Shown one piece after another: positions 1 through 9,795 of a stretch of 61,674 bases of DNA (its first letter is position 1; every line of letters begins with the position of its first letter). A model generated the notes under the pieces. That model did no database searches. It saw only the letters and a list, made by a program, of their open reading frames with translations, and was not told where the DNA came from. The position numbers were made by a program, and so were the translations under genes. This DNA comes from Candidatus Kaiserbacteria bacterium (GTDB lineage Bacteria > Patescibacteriota > Minisyncoccia > Phycocordibacterales > UBA2100), in contig JACRFH010000028.1 of the NCBI GenBank assembly GCA_016217975.1, positions 1 to 61,674 of the forward strand. Direction: 5' to 3'.

Positions 1-140
1 CTCGTTCGTGCTTGCCTAACCAGTTGAAAGAAATTATTCGTGCTTCAAGGTGACAATCTGTGTTCGCTTTCAAAACCTCGCTGGAGGAGTTTTTGCATGC
101 CTTGAAAAGCCCACGTTTAGGGGGTTTCGTTATTCACAGT
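1..140. repeat. Left arm of a perfect 140-nt terminal inverted repeat (partner 61535..61674)
   Basis: The reverse complement of 1..140 is identical to 61535..61674, checked base by base. Identity stops at 141 versus 61534. Confidence 0.97.
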
Positions 141-771
141 GTTTTACCTGTCGCAACTCCCCTGTTTGTCCGTACGCATAAGCAAGTACAAGAAAAATGA
201 TACTTGCGCCCAAAAGATTTACAAAACTATAGAAGACCGGAGTCGAGGCACCGATTGCAATCTTGTCCATCGTGGAGCCTATCGCCATGCAGATGCAGGA
301 GATGAGCATGAAAAGAACAGGCTTGTTATACTTCGAATCAGAATCTTCATGGGTGTCGATAAGGAGCAAAAATGTCGCAAACACGATCGCGAATATCCCC
401 GAGAGTCCGAGTATCGAGACGTGCTCGCCGATGATGAAGAACGATGTCGCCGCGTTGAACACAGGCACGAGTGCGAGGACGGGTGTCACATGCGAAAGAT
501 CTCCTTCGCGGATTGCGCGAAAAAGATAATACTGTTGAACTGGATATAGAATGAACCAGATCACGAGAAGCGGCCACCAGAATTGCCACGAGAGCGCAAG
601 GAAATTGGATGGTATAGGAAAGAAGAGGAAAAGGAGAAGCGTTGGCGCGAGTGAGAAGGCTTGCTGTACGAAGCTTAAAGAAAAATTGTCGTATTGCCCC
701 GTGAGCTTCTTGTCGTAGATGCGTCGTATCCCAAATACGAGTCCGCTCAAAAGTGCAAAGGGAAGCCACAT
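130..771 (-). CDS. EamA/DMT-family transporter, apparently truncated at its C-terminus by the inverted-repeat junction
   Basis: 213-aa multi-helix membrane ORF with EamA-like layout (RAIREGDLSHVTPVLALVPVFNA). The second half has only about two helices, and the frame stops 10 nt inside the repeat. Confidence 0.55.
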   Translation of the reverse strand: MWLPFALLSGLVFGIRRIYDKKLTGQYDNFSLSFVQQAFSLAPTLLLFLFFPIPSNFLALSWQFWWPLLVIWFILYPVQQYYLFRAIREGDLSHVTPVLALVPVFNAATSFFIIGEHVSILGLSGIFAIVFATFLLLIDTHEDSDSKYNKPVLFMLISCICMAIGSTMDKIAIGASTPVFYSFVNLLGASIIFLVLAYAYGQTGELRQVKHCE

Positions 772-780
772 ATTGTCTTG

Positions 781-853
781 TCCGCCCGGTAGGGATCGAA
801 CCTACGACCTTATCCTTAAGAGGGATCTGCTCTACCAACTGAGCTACGGGCGG
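781..853 (-). tRNA. tRNA-Lys (anticodon CUU)
   Basis: Cloverleaf on the minus strand. Acceptor CCGCCCG/CGGGCGG, D arm GCTC-AGTTGGTA-GAGC, anticodon loop CT-CTT-AA, T arm GTAGG-TTCGATC-CCTAC. No encoded CCA. Confidence 0.85.
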
Positions 854-941
854 GAACGACGATGATAATATCACGAATCATTGCCCTGTCATGGTATATT
901 CCGCATGTTGGCCGCCTTCGGTGGACTTTCGGCGAGCCGAC

Positions 942-1022
942 GGGCAGGTGGTGAAATGGTAGACACGCAAGGTTTAGGACCTTGTGCCGCAAGGCGTGAG
1001 AGTTCAAGTCTCTCCCTGCCCA
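942..1022 (+). tRNA. tRNA-Leu (anticodon UAG), class II with long variable arm
   Basis: Acceptor GGGCAGG/CCTGCCC, anticodon stem CAAGG/CCTTG with loop TT-TAG-GA, variable arm GCC-GCAA-GGC, T arm GAGAG-TTCAAGT-CTCTC. No encoded CCA. Confidence 0.85.
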
Positions 1023-1055
1023 CTCAACTCGCAACGCTTACTCGTGGCAAGCCGC

Positions 1056-1370
1056 CTACTGAAAAAGATTCCCGGTGACGCCGGGGAGATTCCCCGTGCC
1101 GTCGTTGAAGCCGCCGGAATTCACGCCCAAATTGAAGGTGTTGTTTATCATGCCGATGATGCCCCAGATCGATACCATGATAAACATGCCGATGATGCCC
1201 CAGAACATGTGCTGCTTGCCTTCTTCGTGACTCGAGCTCTCATCGAGATTCCAGAGAAACTGCACAAGACCCCACAGAAACAGGAGAAATCCCGCGGCAA
1301 ATACTACCTGCATGACGGGCCCGATGATGAGTCGTTCAAACTTATCGAGCACCGTGCTGAAGGCTTGCAT
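1056..1370 (-). CDS. Small two-helix membrane protein, member of a five-gene paralog array (TrbC/VirB2-like pilin-type layout)
   Basis: 104 aa with two hydrophobic helices around a charged loop (NLDESSSHEEGKQH). The helix-2 motif MFWGIIGMFIMVSIWGIIG is shared with 1415..1789 and 2309..2647. Confidence 0.5.
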   Translation of the reverse strand: MQAFSTVLDKFERLIIGPVMQVVFAAGFLLFLWGLVQFLWNLDESSSHEEGKQHMFWGIIGMFIMVSIWGIIGMINNTFNLGVNSGGFNDGTGNLPGVTGNLFQ

Positions 1371-1414
1371 GCGCTAGTATGGAAGCCGCGGGACGGCCGT
1401 AAGATTTAAGATAT

Positions 1415-1789
1415 TTAGTACGACGGAGGCGGTACGGCGCGCGGAACGAGAGCCGAAGCGGTGCTTGAGATGCCGAAGGTCGCCTGCATGATGCGAAGAA
1501 TTCCCCAGATAGATACCATCACGAATATCGCGATAAGCCCATAGAACATGATCTTAAGGCCCTCAGATTTCTGCTCGCCCACATTGACCAAGTATTGCAC
1601 GAGTCCCCAGAAGAAAACGATGATCGCCAGCGTGATGAGGATACCGATAAGACCGTTGAGGAAACCCGCAACAAGCGATAGCGCGCCGAAAAGCCCGGCA
1701 CCCGTCCCGGTGGTCGCTTGGGCCAGTACCGCAACCGGAAGTGCAAGATTAGCAAGAACAAGCGTCGAGACCCCTATAATTTTGCGCAT
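1415..1789 (-). CDS. Small secreted/two-helix membrane protein, array paralog
   Basis: Start moved to MRKIIGVS. Signal-like N-terminus ends VLAQA and is followed by two helices. Shared motif MFYGLIAIFVMVSIWGIL. Confidence 0.55.
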   Translation of the reverse strand: MRKIIGVSTLVLANLALPVAVLAQATTGTGAGLFGALSLVAGFLNGLIGILITLAIIVFFWGLVQYLVNVGEQKSEGLKIMFYGLIAIFVMVSIWGILRIMQATFGISSTASALVPRAVPPPSY

Positions 1790-1899
1790 AATTAATTGCA
1801 AGCGTGTTCAATAATTTATAAATTGCGTAAGTCTCCTAATGGTACGGGGACGGTGCCAAAAAACAAGGGCCACCCGGGTATCGTGTGGATATCGTCGTA

Positions 1900-2316
1900 T
1901 TATCGTTTCGTCTCTTCGGCTTCGCCCGAACTTCGCGCAATCTGAATCGCAACATAGGCGGCGAGTGCGACGAGTGCAAGCGCGAGCAGCATGAGCACAA
2001 GCTGGGTGTGGAATTGCACAAATCTGATGAGTCCGAGGCCGATAACGAGCACGAACAAAATCGAGACTCCCCAGGACATAAACTGCAGCCCCTGCTCGCG
2101 GCCGGTAAGACCGAGCCGTGTGATCCAGCCGATGAAGCCTCCGACGAAGAAAAGTATTGCGGCGACCAGCATGAGGCCGACAAGCACGTTGAGGAGCCCT
2201 ACTGCTTGTGCGAGTGTAGCGCCACCATCCTGTGCGCCCGCAGGAGGTGCAGCTTCTGCTCCGACAACACCGGCTGTCATAGACCCTTGTTGCGAATATC
2301 CTCGCATACTAGCCAT
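1900..2316 (-). CDS. Small multi-helix membrane protein, divergent array paralog
   Basis: 138 aa with an Ala/Gly-rich N-terminus followed by three hydrophobic helices. Same strand and tight spacing with its neighbours. Confidence 0.45.
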   Translation of the reverse strand: MASMRGYSQQGSMTAGVVGAEAAPPAGAQDGGATLAQAVGLLNVLVGLMLVAAILFFVGGFIGWITRLGLTGREQGLQFMSWGVSILFVLVIGLGLIRFVQFHTQLVLMLLALALVALAAYVAIQIARSSGEAEETKR

Positions 2317-2647
2317 TGATAGTCCCCGGCGGATTGCCGTTGAAGACGGTTTGCGAAAGCAGGCTCAAGATGCCCCATATCGAGACCATAATAAAAAGAG
2401 CGATAATGCCCCAGAAGAAATAGGCGCGCAGTTTCTCTGGACTGCCCTCGGTGAATGTCGACATGTTATAAAAGATCCCGTAGAAATATACGACGATCGC
2501 AAACGCGATGAGTACGACCGTCGCAGCCGAGATAAGTTTTACGACGAGTGTGGCAAGCTCGCCTAATGTCTGCGGAGCGCCTTGTGCGGCAGCAACGGCG
2601 GGAAGCAGAAAAACGATGCCCGGCAGTATGATACGAAATACTTTCAT
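2309..2647 (-). CDS. Small secreted/two-helix membrane protein, array paralog
   Basis: Start moved to MKVFRIILPG. Signal-like N-terminus ends AAAQG. Shared motif FFWGIIALFIMVSIWGIL. The ATG lies 3 nt after the upstream stop. Confidence 0.55.
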   Translation of the reverse strand: MKVFRIILPGIVFLLPAVAAAQGAPQTLGELATLVVKLISAATVVLIAFAIVVYFYGIFYNMSTFTEGSPEKLRAYFFWGIIALFIMVSIWGILSLLSQTVFNGNPPGTING

Positions 2648-2649
2648 AA

Positions 2650-3078
2650 TTAGTTCACGAGTTGGGAAACGGTGCCGTTGATAAGTGTCGCGATCACCCA
2701 CGCACCGAGAATGAGAAGCGCGCCGATGATGACATACACGAAATTCTCCTTGGCTTCCGAGAGTTTGCCGGGGTTGCCTTGCGCGGATACGAATTTGAAA
2801 CCCGATATCACCAAGAAAAGCGCCACGACCGGAAGTGCGAGCATCACCATCGCTTTCAGAAATCCTGCGATGAAGGTCGGAATCGTGCTGAATGCGGAGT
2901 TCAGTGGATTCTGGACACCCTGTGCAGCGGCCACTACGGGAAGTGCAACAACAGCGGCAGTTATAAGATGCGCAAGCATGAGAGATTTCTTTTTCATCCC
3001 GCGAGATGCATGTACAAGATCTTTCATAAAATTTATGACTTTTCTAATCAGTCGGTTGTTGCTCTCAACGGGATTCAT
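2650..3078 (-). CDS. TrbC/VirB2-like pilin-type small membrane protein
   Basis: Signal-like segment ends AAAQG, followed by two helices around the loop SAQGNPGKLSEAKE. I associate this layout with conjugative-pilin-like proteins common in CPR genomes. The ORF start overlaps the upstream stop (ATGA at 3075..3078). Internal starts at 3027 or 2997 are possible. Confidence 0.55.
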   Translation of the reverse strand: MNPVESNNRLIRKVINFMKDLVHASRGMKKKSLMLAHLITAAVVALPVVAAAQGVQNPLNSAFSTIPTFIAGFLKAMVMLALPVVALFLVISGFKFVSAQGNPGKLSEAKENFVYVIIGALLILGAWVIATLINGTVSQLVN

Positions 3079-4385
3079 GTTCCTTCGCCTTCGCCTATGA
3101 TCTGCTTCATAAGCTTATCCGCCTGCGAGACAGCATCGATAATCTTCGAGCTTCCGCTCACGGTGTCTTCAATCATAGCGCGAAAGAGGTCTTCCGTCGC
3201 TACCGGATCGGGATCAAGCCACGCTCGTGAAATGATGGCCGCCTTATTGACGAGATCGGCATTCCCTTGCGCCGGAAGCGATACGGCACTTCGGAGCGCG
3301 CTCGCCATGCCTGACTGCTCCGCAAGCGCGAGCGAAACCGGCTGCTTTGCAATGAGGTAGGCGGCGGTGAGCGCGTCGGTCTGGTGCCGACTCGTGCGCG
3401 CAATGGCAATTCCATAGACCAGCGCAGTATCGAGCGTACGATCCATGGCACGAATCTGCGGCAACGGCGCCATCGCGAGATTGAGATTCGGATTGGTTTT
3501 CGCTATGTTTGCCGCTTCGCTCGCATGGCCCACGTAGAGCCCCACGTCTCCTGCAGCAAATGACGTCTGGCTCTCGGGAAGCGCACGGCTCCATGCGTAT
3601 GCATCATTTGCGGGATCGGCGAATTGCGTGTAGAAACCCAGAGCGTTTTGCGACGCTGCGGCAAGCGTCGAGCCTTGTGGCGAGATAGTCGAGACGAGGA
3701 CGCCGCGGGAATCGTGGCCAGTAATAGTGCCGCCCGCCTGTAAGATGAGCGTGGAGAGGATATCCTTGGCATTGTGAATATTGCGGTGTTCACCGAGCGC
3801 AACTCCGCTCTTTATGATCGAGCCGCCATCATCGCGCTTCGTCATTTTGCGCACCATGGGCGCTACCTCATCCCAGAACGCGGGAGGATTCGCATACCCG
3901 GCAGTTGCGAGCATGTCGCGATTCCAGAATAGGACGAGTGGATCTACGACGAGCGGCACTGCGATGATTCCGTCGTCGGCAAGATACGAGCTTGCGGCAT
4001 CGAGAAACGCGCTTTGGAATTGCGCTTGGGGGAATGAAGAATACGGAATGTGCATCGCTTTGCCAGAATCATGGAGCGCATAGTCGCCGCGAAGGATGAA
4101 CATGTCGGGGCCACCGCCCTCCGCTAGTGCCTCAGTGAGATCTCGCTCATACGTCGCTGGATCTTTGCGCACGTAGGTCACTTGTTCGAGCCTTTTATCG
4201 GCATCAATCGCCTGCTGCATCACCAGCGCGACAAGCGTATCGTCGAACGTGCCCCACATTGTGACAGGAGCAATGGCTTTTGAATTCCCGCCCGCGGTCG
4301 CGAGTGCGAAAATAAGCACGCCCGCGGCAAAAAGAGAGCCAAAGACAACGAGAAGAGTTATCTGAAAATTAGAAAGTTTTTTCAT
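3075..4385 (-). CDS. Membrane-anchored extracellular solute-binding-like protein (orphan, no permease or ATPase nearby)
   Basis: 436 aa with an N-terminal anchor (LLVVFGSLFAAGVLIFALA) and a large soluble domain. Resemblance to family-1 solute-binding proteins is weak and from memory. The start overlaps the upstream stop by 4 nt. Confidence 0.4.
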   Translation of the reverse strand: MKKLSNFQITLLVVFGSLFAAGVLIFALATAGGNSKAIAPVTMWGTFDDTLVALVMQQAIDADKRLEQVTYVRKDPATYERDLTEALAEGGGPDMFILRGDYALHDSGKAMHIPYSSFPQAQFQSAFLDAASSYLADDGIIAVPLVVDPLVLFWNRDMLATAGYANPPAFWDEVAPMVRKMTKRDDGGSIIKSGVALGEHRNIHNAKDILSTLILQAGGTITGHDSRGVLVSTISPQGSTLAAASQNALGFYTQFADPANDAYAWSRALPESQTSFAAGDVGLYVGHASEAANIAKTNPNLNLAMAPLPQIRAMDRTLDTALVYGIAIARTSRHQTDALTAAYLIAKQPVSLALAEQSGMASALRSAVSLPAQGNADLVNKAAIISRAWLDPDPVATEDLFRAMIEDTVSGSSKIIDAVSQADKLMKQIIGEGEGT

Positions 4386-4972
4386 GCAATCTTGAATACG
4401 AGCCCATAGTGGTGCGCACCGGCGTCAAACTCTTTGTGCGTTCCAAATCCTGCGTCTTTGGCAATAGCGAGCGCCGCGTCTTTACTCACCACATGACTCT
4501 TGATCGGACCCATACGCCATCCGCCCGCTGGCGGAGATTCGCTCCAATCGATAATGGCAAGCTTGCCTCGAGGTTTGAGTACCCTCTTTGCTTCCGCGAG
4601 GAGTGCATCTTTGTTTTCAACTTGAAAGAGAAGGTTAGAAACAAGCACGATATCGCAGGAAGCACTGGCAAGTTTCGATCCCTGCGGTCTCTCCAGATCA
4701 CCCCAGAGAATGTGCACCGTGCTTAATCCTTTTTTTTGTGCATCGTTGTGAATGCGGCGCAATAGATCTTTCTGAATGTCGATAGCGTACACTCTTCCGC
4801 TCCCAGCCATGCGCTGTGCCATCTCCATTACATACGCGCCCGAGCCTGACCCAAAATCAGCTATCGTCATCCCCGGCTCCACGCCAAGCGCTGCCACATT
4901 CCTCGCGGGATGCGCGAAACCCGCCGTATTCGGCATTGTCGAACGAGCGATATGCGCTCCCATTACGTTCAA
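4382..4972 (-). CDS. Class I SAM-dependent methyltransferase
   Basis: Motif I IADFGSGSGAY, post-I VYAIDI, and LKPRGKLAIID. Confidence 0.75.
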   Translation of the reverse strand: MNVMGAHIARSTMPNTAGFAHPARNVAALGVEPGMTIADFGSGSGAYVMEMAQRMAGSGRVYAIDIQKDLLRRIHNDAQKKGLSTVHILWGDLERPQGSKLASASCDIVLVSNLLFQVENKDALLAEAKRVLKPRGKLAIIDWSESPPAGGWRMGPIKSHVVSKDAALAIAKDAGFGTHKEFDAGAHHYGLVFKIA

Positions 4973-5019
4973 TTATATATCCTCCAGGAGTGAACCGCTG
5001 CAGGTACTGGGGAAAGAGT

Positions 5020-7545
5020 TTATGCGCCCGCCACTTCCTGCGCTTCAAATACTACAAACGATGCGACAGAATCGCCTTCGCGCATTTTCATGACGCGCAC
5101 TCCCTGCGTGGCGCGAGAGAGTGTTGGGATTTCGTCGAGGCCCGTGCGGATGGTTTGAGATTTCTTGGACATCGCGACGAGTTCGCCGCCTTTTGAAACG
5201 AGGACTGCTGCACCAACGAGTTGCTTGGTCTTCGCGGTAATCGACATCGTCTTGATGCCACTGCCGCCTCTCCCCTGGCATTTGTATTCAGAAAGCTTGG
5301 TCTTCTTGCCGTAGCCAGTGCTTGATACAACGAGAAGCTGCGCATCTTTTGCATCCTTCGGCACAATTCCGGTACCAACAATACTGTCTCCTGCTCCAAG
5401 CTTCATGCCGCGTACACCCGCTGCTTGCCTGCCCATTTCGCGCACATCGGATTCTTTGAAGCGGATTGACTGGCCTTTGGAAGTCGTGAGCATCACATCG
5501 TCGCCCTTGCGAACGAATTGCGCGCTGATGAGCGCGTCTCCCTTGTCGAGCGTAATGCCGATAAGACCCGAGCGGCGCACTTCTCTAAACGCAACGGCTG
5601 CGGTTTTCTTTACCGTGCCGTTTCGAGTTGCCATGAAAAGAGCAACTTCGTCTTCAGCTTTTCCTCCGGAGGAGGATCCGCCTTTGGCGGACACGGCTTT
5701 AGGCATCGCAAGAATCGATGTGATGTTTTCACCTTGCTCAATCGAAAGGAAATTCATGATTGACTTGCCCTTGGTCGCGCGCTTGCCTTCCGGCACGTCA
5801 TACATCTTGAGTTGGTAGACCTTGCCGCGATCGGAGAAGAACAGAAGATCGCAGTGCGCCGATGCGGTCAAGAATTGTGTGACGAAATCCTCTTCTTTGG
5901 TATCGAGATCGACAACACCGACGCCACCGCGCTTTTGCTTGCGGTATTCCGCGGGATTCGTGCGCTTGATGTAGCCGCCTTGCGTGAGCACCAAGACAGA
6001 TTCTTCGTCAGCGACGAGGTCTTCGGCAGAAAGAATCGTCGCGCCCTTCTTCACTATCTTGGTGCGACGATCGTCGCCGTATTTCTCCATGATCTCGCGT
6101 GTTTCGTCCTTGATCACCGTCATGAGTTTCTTATCGCTCTTGAGAAGCGCCGTAAGCTCCTCAATCAATTTCTGCACTTCCTTGAGTTCGTCCTCGATTT
6201 TCTTGCGCTCGAGACCCGCGAGCTTTTGCAGGCGCATGTCGAGAATCGCATTGGCCTGCAATTCAGAAAATTTGAATGTCTTCATCAATCCCGCTCGCGC
6301 GTCATCCACGTCTTTTGACTTCTTGATGAGCTTGATGATCTCGTCGATATGATCGAGCGCCTTTTTGAGCCCAAGCAGGATGTGTTCGCGCGCCTTGGCC
6401 TTCTCAAGATCAAATTTCGTGCGTTTGATGACGACATCTTTGCGATGAGCGATGAAATATTCGAGAAGCGCCTTGAGCGAGAGCGTCTGCGGCACGCCAT
6501 CGACAAGCGCGACGACGTTGTAGTGAAAGGCTTCTTCGAGCTGCGTGTGCTTGTAGAGATAATTCAAGACGGTCTGCGGATGCGCGTTATTCTTGAGCTC
6601 GATGACGATGCGGATGTCCTTGGTCGATTCGTCGTGGATATCACGTATGCCTTCGAGCTTCTTTTCGTGAACGAGATCCGCGATCTTGGTGATGAGATCG
6701 GCTTTGATGACTCTGAAAGGGATCGAGGTGACGATGATTTGATAGTCCCCCTTTTTGCCCTCGACTATCTCCGCGTCGCCGCGCACAACGACCGGCCCGC
6801 GGCCAGTAGTATACGCATGCCTGATATCGGTTTGATTGAACGCGATGCAGCCCGTGGGAAAATCAGGACCCTGCACAAATTGCATGAGGTCCTCGGTCGT
6901 CGCGTCGGGATTTTCTATTAAGTGAATCGCCGCCCCACACACCTCGCGCAAATTGTGCGGCGGGATGTTGCTCGCCATGCCGACGGCAATACCGAGCGTG
7001 CCGTTGAGCAGAAGATTTGGGATCGCGGCGGGAAGCACCGTTGGCTCTTGCTTGGTGTTGTCATAATTCGGGCGAAATTCCACCGTCTCTTTTTCAATAT
7101 CGCGCATCATTTCGCTGGCAAGCCTGCTCATCTTGGCTTCCGTGTATCGCATGGCCGCTGCGTTGTCGCCGTCGATCGAGCCGAAGTTGCCCTGGCCGAG
7201 GATCAGCGGATAGCGCATCGTGAAATCTTGCGCGAGCTTTACCATTGCGTCGTATACAGATGCGTCGCCGTGCGGGTGATATTTGCCCAAGACTTCTCCT
7301 ACCACGGTCGCAGATTTGCGCGTCTTTGCGGTGGCCGTGAGACCGACATCCTGCATCGCATAGAGAATGCGCCGGTGTACGGGCTTGAGTCCATCGCGGA
7401 CATCTGGGAGGGCGCGTGCGGTGATCACTGTCATTGCGTAATCGAGATACGACTCGCGCATCTCTGTCGTGATCGAACGTGCGATCACTCCTTTGTGGGG
7501 CTGCGGCGCGGGAGATGATGTTTCCGGAGTGCTTTTTCGCGCCAT
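5020..7545 (-). CDS. gyrA: DNA gyrase subunit A
   Basis: 841 aa with [28 protein letters not shown], and the active-site region AAMRYTE. C-terminal beta-pinwheel repeats are present. Confidence 0.97.
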   Translation of the reverse strand: MARKSTPETSSPAPQPHKGVIARSITTEMRESYLDYAMTVITARALPDVRDGLKPVHRRILYAMQDVGLTATAKTRKSATVVGEVLGKYHPHGDASVYDAMVKLAQDFTMRYPLILGQGNFGSIDGDNAAAMRYTEAKMSRLASEMMRDIEKETVEFRPNYDNTKQEPTVLPAAIPNLLLNGTLGIAVGMASNIPPHNLREVCGAAIHLIENPDATTEDLMQFVQGPDFPTGCIAFNQTDIRHAYTTGRGPVVVRGDAEIVEGKKGDYQIIVTSIPFRVIKADLITKIADLVHEKKLEGIRDIHDESTKDIRIVIELKNNAHPQTVLNYLYKHTQLEEAFHYNVVALVDGVPQTLSLKALLEYFIAHRKDVVIKRTKFDLEKAKAREHILLGLKKALDHIDEIIKLIKKSKDVDDARAGLMKTFKFSELQANAILDMRLQKLAGLERKKIEDELKEVQKLIEELTALLKSDKKLMTVIKDETREIMEKYGDDRRTKIVKKGATILSAEDLVADEESVLVLTQGGYIKRTNPAEYRKQKRGGVGVVDLDTKEEDFVTQFLTASAHCDLLFFSDRGKVYQLKMYDVPEGKRATKGKSIMNFLSIEQGENITSILAMPKAVSAKGGSSSGGKAEDEVALFMATRNGTVKKTAAVAFREVRRSGLIGITLDKGDALISAQFVRKGDDVMLTTSKGQSIRFKESDVREMGRQAAGVRGMKLGAGDSIVGTGIVPKDAKDAQLLVVSSTGYGKKTKLSEYKCQGRGGSGIKTMSITAKTKQLVGAAVLVSKGGELVAMSKKSQTIRTGLDEIPTLSRATQGVRVMKMREGDSVASFVVFEAQEVAGA

Positions 7546-7613
7546 AGAGGTCTCACATTATAGCAAAAACACGAGATTTCGCCACTCATTGCGAAGAAAA
7601 ATTATGAGGAAAA

Positions 7614-7820
7614 CTACCTAATCTCGACGACTCCTGCTCCCGCTGTTTGCGACGTACTTTGCAATGCAAGATTATGGATGTTGCGTACAAAAAAGAACAG
7701 CCACCCGATGAAAAGTACAAGCGTGATGCTTGCCGCAAAGATAAGAGCTACGGCGCGCCGCTCGTGCCTGGGCCTACCTTTCAGACTTTCTATGGTTTGC
7801 AGAGTGCGATGCACCACCAT
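7614..7820 (-). CDS. Small single-helix membrane protein (hypothetical)
   Basis: 68-aa ORF with one hydrophobic helix (VALIFAASITLVLFIGWLFFFV). It lies 2 nt downstream of the preceding gene on the same strand. Confidence 0.3.
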   Translation of the reverse strand: MVVHRTLQTIESLKGRPRHERRAVALIFAASITLVLFIGWLFFFVRNIHNLALQSTSQTAGAGVVEIR

Positions 7821-7821
7821 C

Positions 7822-8439
7822 TTAGGATGATAACACGACGACTTCGTTCTGTTTGTCGCTCACGTCGCGAGGCTTGATAGTGAGTTTGTCGACGGCTTTT
7901 GTGCCCTCGGCGCCCGCTTCTTTGAGAAATTGTTTGAGTGACTTGTCGTCGTACATGATGGGGATGACGATCTTGGCCTCGAGCTTCACTGCAAGCTTTT
8001 GTGCGTCGGACGGTGTGAGCATCTTGCCACCGCCAACCGGAATGATGAGCACGTCGGGCTCGTCCATTTCCAAAAGCTCTTTTGGGAGTTCAGAGGTGCC
8101 GAGTGCGCCGAGGTACAACACACTTAGCCCGTCGAATTTGATCGAGTACACCGTATTGATGAGATCACCTTCCGATGACTTCGACGTGGGAAATCCTGAT
8201 GCAGTTATTTCCTTGATTTCATATTCTCCTGCGCCATAGACGACGAATGGTCTTTTATCACCACGGCTCGCCTCGTCGGCGCCGTTCATGTCTGGATGAT
8301 TGAGCGGAATGAATGCCACATCGGCGCCAAAATTGGTTGCCTTGAAATTCTTTGAGTCTTTTGAGACCGGCCCGAATACGACTGTCGTGTCCCCTGCGGA
8401 GGCCCGTATGCATGCGCCTGTGTGATAGGTGAGAATCAT
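7822..8439 (-). CDS. MBL-fold (beta-lactamase-like) hydrolase family protein, short type
   Basis: Start moved to MILTYHTGACIRASAGD. Overall pattern matches short metallo-beta-lactamase-fold proteins. The His motif is degenerate (LNHPDMNG). Confidence 0.55.
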   Translation of the reverse strand: MILTYHTGACIRASAGDTTVVFGPVSKDSKNFKATNFGADVAFIPLNHPDMNGADEASRGDKRPFVVYGAGEYEIKEITASGFPTSKSSEGDLINTVYSIKFDGLSVLYLGALGTSELPKELLEMDEPDVLIIPVGGGKMLTPSDAQKLAVKLEAKIVIPIMYDDKSLKQFLKEAGAEGTKAVDKLTIKPRDVSDKQNEVVVLSS

Positions 8440-8584
8440 GAGCGAAAAGTATACCTTGCGCAGAAGGCTAATACAATATATAGTGTGGGTCGCCCCAAGG
8501 GGCATGTTTTTTAACAGCTAGTTCGGATAAAAACGTACGGGTATTAATAGAGCGAAGAGCTCCACCGTAGGTTCCGACAACAAA

Positions 8585-9703
8585 ATGGTAACAGCAACAG
8601 ATGAACGCGACCCACGAGTAGAGATGGACGAAGATATAGTAGAAGCGAAAAAGGGGCCGATGGAGGAGATGCTTGCGAGCTCGCCCGCGCGCCCTGAAAT
8701 TGACGACGTTGTCGAAGGCCCCGTAGTGGCTATCGGCCGCGCGCGAGTATTTGTCGATCTCTCGCCATATGGGACCGGCATTATTTATGGCCGTGAATAT
8801 CTCTCGGCCCGCGATTCTCTCAAGAATGTAAACGTCGGCGACATTGTGACCGCCAAGGTCGTCGGATCCGACAACGACGAAGGCTATATAGAATTGTCGC
8901 TGCGCGAAGCACGCCAAGCACTCATCTGGGGCGAGGCGGAGACGGCGATGCAAAAGAAAACGTCATTCACGCTTGCGATCACCGATGCCAACAAGGGCGG
9001 CCTTATCATCGCGTGGAACGGCATCCAAGGATTTCTTCCCGCTTCGCAACTGGCAGCCTCGCACTATCCGCGCGTGCCTGATGGCGATAAGGACAAGATC
9101 TTTGTCGAGCTCAAGAAACTTATCGGCACCTCACTCGATGTGCAGATCATCACTGCCTCGCCCAAGGAGCAGAAGCTTATTTTCTCCGAAAAAGGTGCTG
9201 GCTCATCGGAGAGGGCAAATCTCGTCGAGAAATATCATGTGGGCGACGTGCAGGAAGGTGTCGTCACTGGCGCCACAGAATTCGGCGTCTTCGTGAAGCT
9301 CGAAGATGGGCTTGAAGGTCTCGTGCACATCTCGGAAATGGATTGGGCGCTCGTGGAGAATCCAAAATCGCGCTACAAGGTTGGTGAAAAATTGAGCGTG
9401 AAGGTGATCGAAATCAAGGAAGGCAAGATTTCACTCTCGATCAAAGCGCTCAAGGACGATCCGTGGAAAGCTGCAGCAGCAAAATACGTCAAGGATCAGA
9501 AAGTGGATGCAGTTGTCATCAAGTACAACAAGCATGGCGCGCTTGCTTCGATCGAGGAGGGCGTTGCAGGCCTCGTGCACATTTCCGAATTCGCATCAGA
9601 AGCGGATCTGCGCGCAAAATTGGAACTCGGCAAGGTATATCCGTTTACGATTACTTTCTTCGAACCCAAAGATCGCCGGATGACCTTGAAGCCTGCGAAT
9701 TAA
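8585..9703 (+). CDS. rpsA: 30S ribosomal protein S1 (four S1 domains)
   Basis: Repeated S1 OB-fold signatures, for example GDVQEGVVTGATEFGVFVKLEDGLEGLVHISE and VDAVVIKYNKHGALASIEEGVAGLVHISE. The exact start is uncertain. Confidence 0.85.
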   Translation: MVTATDERDPRVEMDEDIVEAKKGPMEEMLASSPARPEIDDVVEGPVVAIGRARVFVDLSPYGTGIIYGREYLSARDSLKNVNVGDIVTAKVVGSDNDEGYIELSLREARQALIWGEAETAMQKKTSFTLAITDANKGGLIIAWNGIQGFLPASQLAASHYPRVPDGDKDKIFVELKKLIGTSLDVQIITASPKEQKLIFSEKGAGSSERANLVEKYHVGDVQEGVVTGATEFGVFVKLEDGLEGLVHISEMDWALVENPKSRYKVGEKLSVKVIEIKEGKISLSIKALKDDPWKAAAAKYVKDQKVDAVVIKYNKHGALASIEEGVAGLVHISEFASEADLRAKLELGKVYPFTITFFEPKDRRMTLKPAN

Positions 9704-9735
9704 TCACACCTTCGTCTCGCTCTGGAAACGTCATT

Positions 9736-9758
9736 TGTCCGAGGTTCGACCTCGGACA
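9736..9758. repeat. REP-B palindrome copy 1 (TGTCCGAGG-TTCGA-CCTCGGACA)
   Basis: Perfect 9-bp arms with a 5-nt loop, 33 nt after the rpsA stop and 38 nt before the RAYT ATG. Confidence 0.9.
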
Positions 9759-9795
9759 CCGTGAGTGTCAGTTTGTGGTGTAGTATAATTTGGCA

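Noticed and set aside
5318-7518. Several 120-200-aa plus-strand ORFs opposite gyrA
   Set aside because: They are antisense shadows of a highly conserved gene. Their translations are low-complexity Arg/Ser-rich with no recognisable motifs.
9736-9758. REP-A and REP-B cores (GGTTCGACC / GGTTCAACC) as tRNA T-arm remnants or tRNA pseudogenes
   Set aside because: Only the GGTTCRA similarity exists. The loop is 5 nt, not 7, and no acceptor, D or anticodon arms flank any copy.
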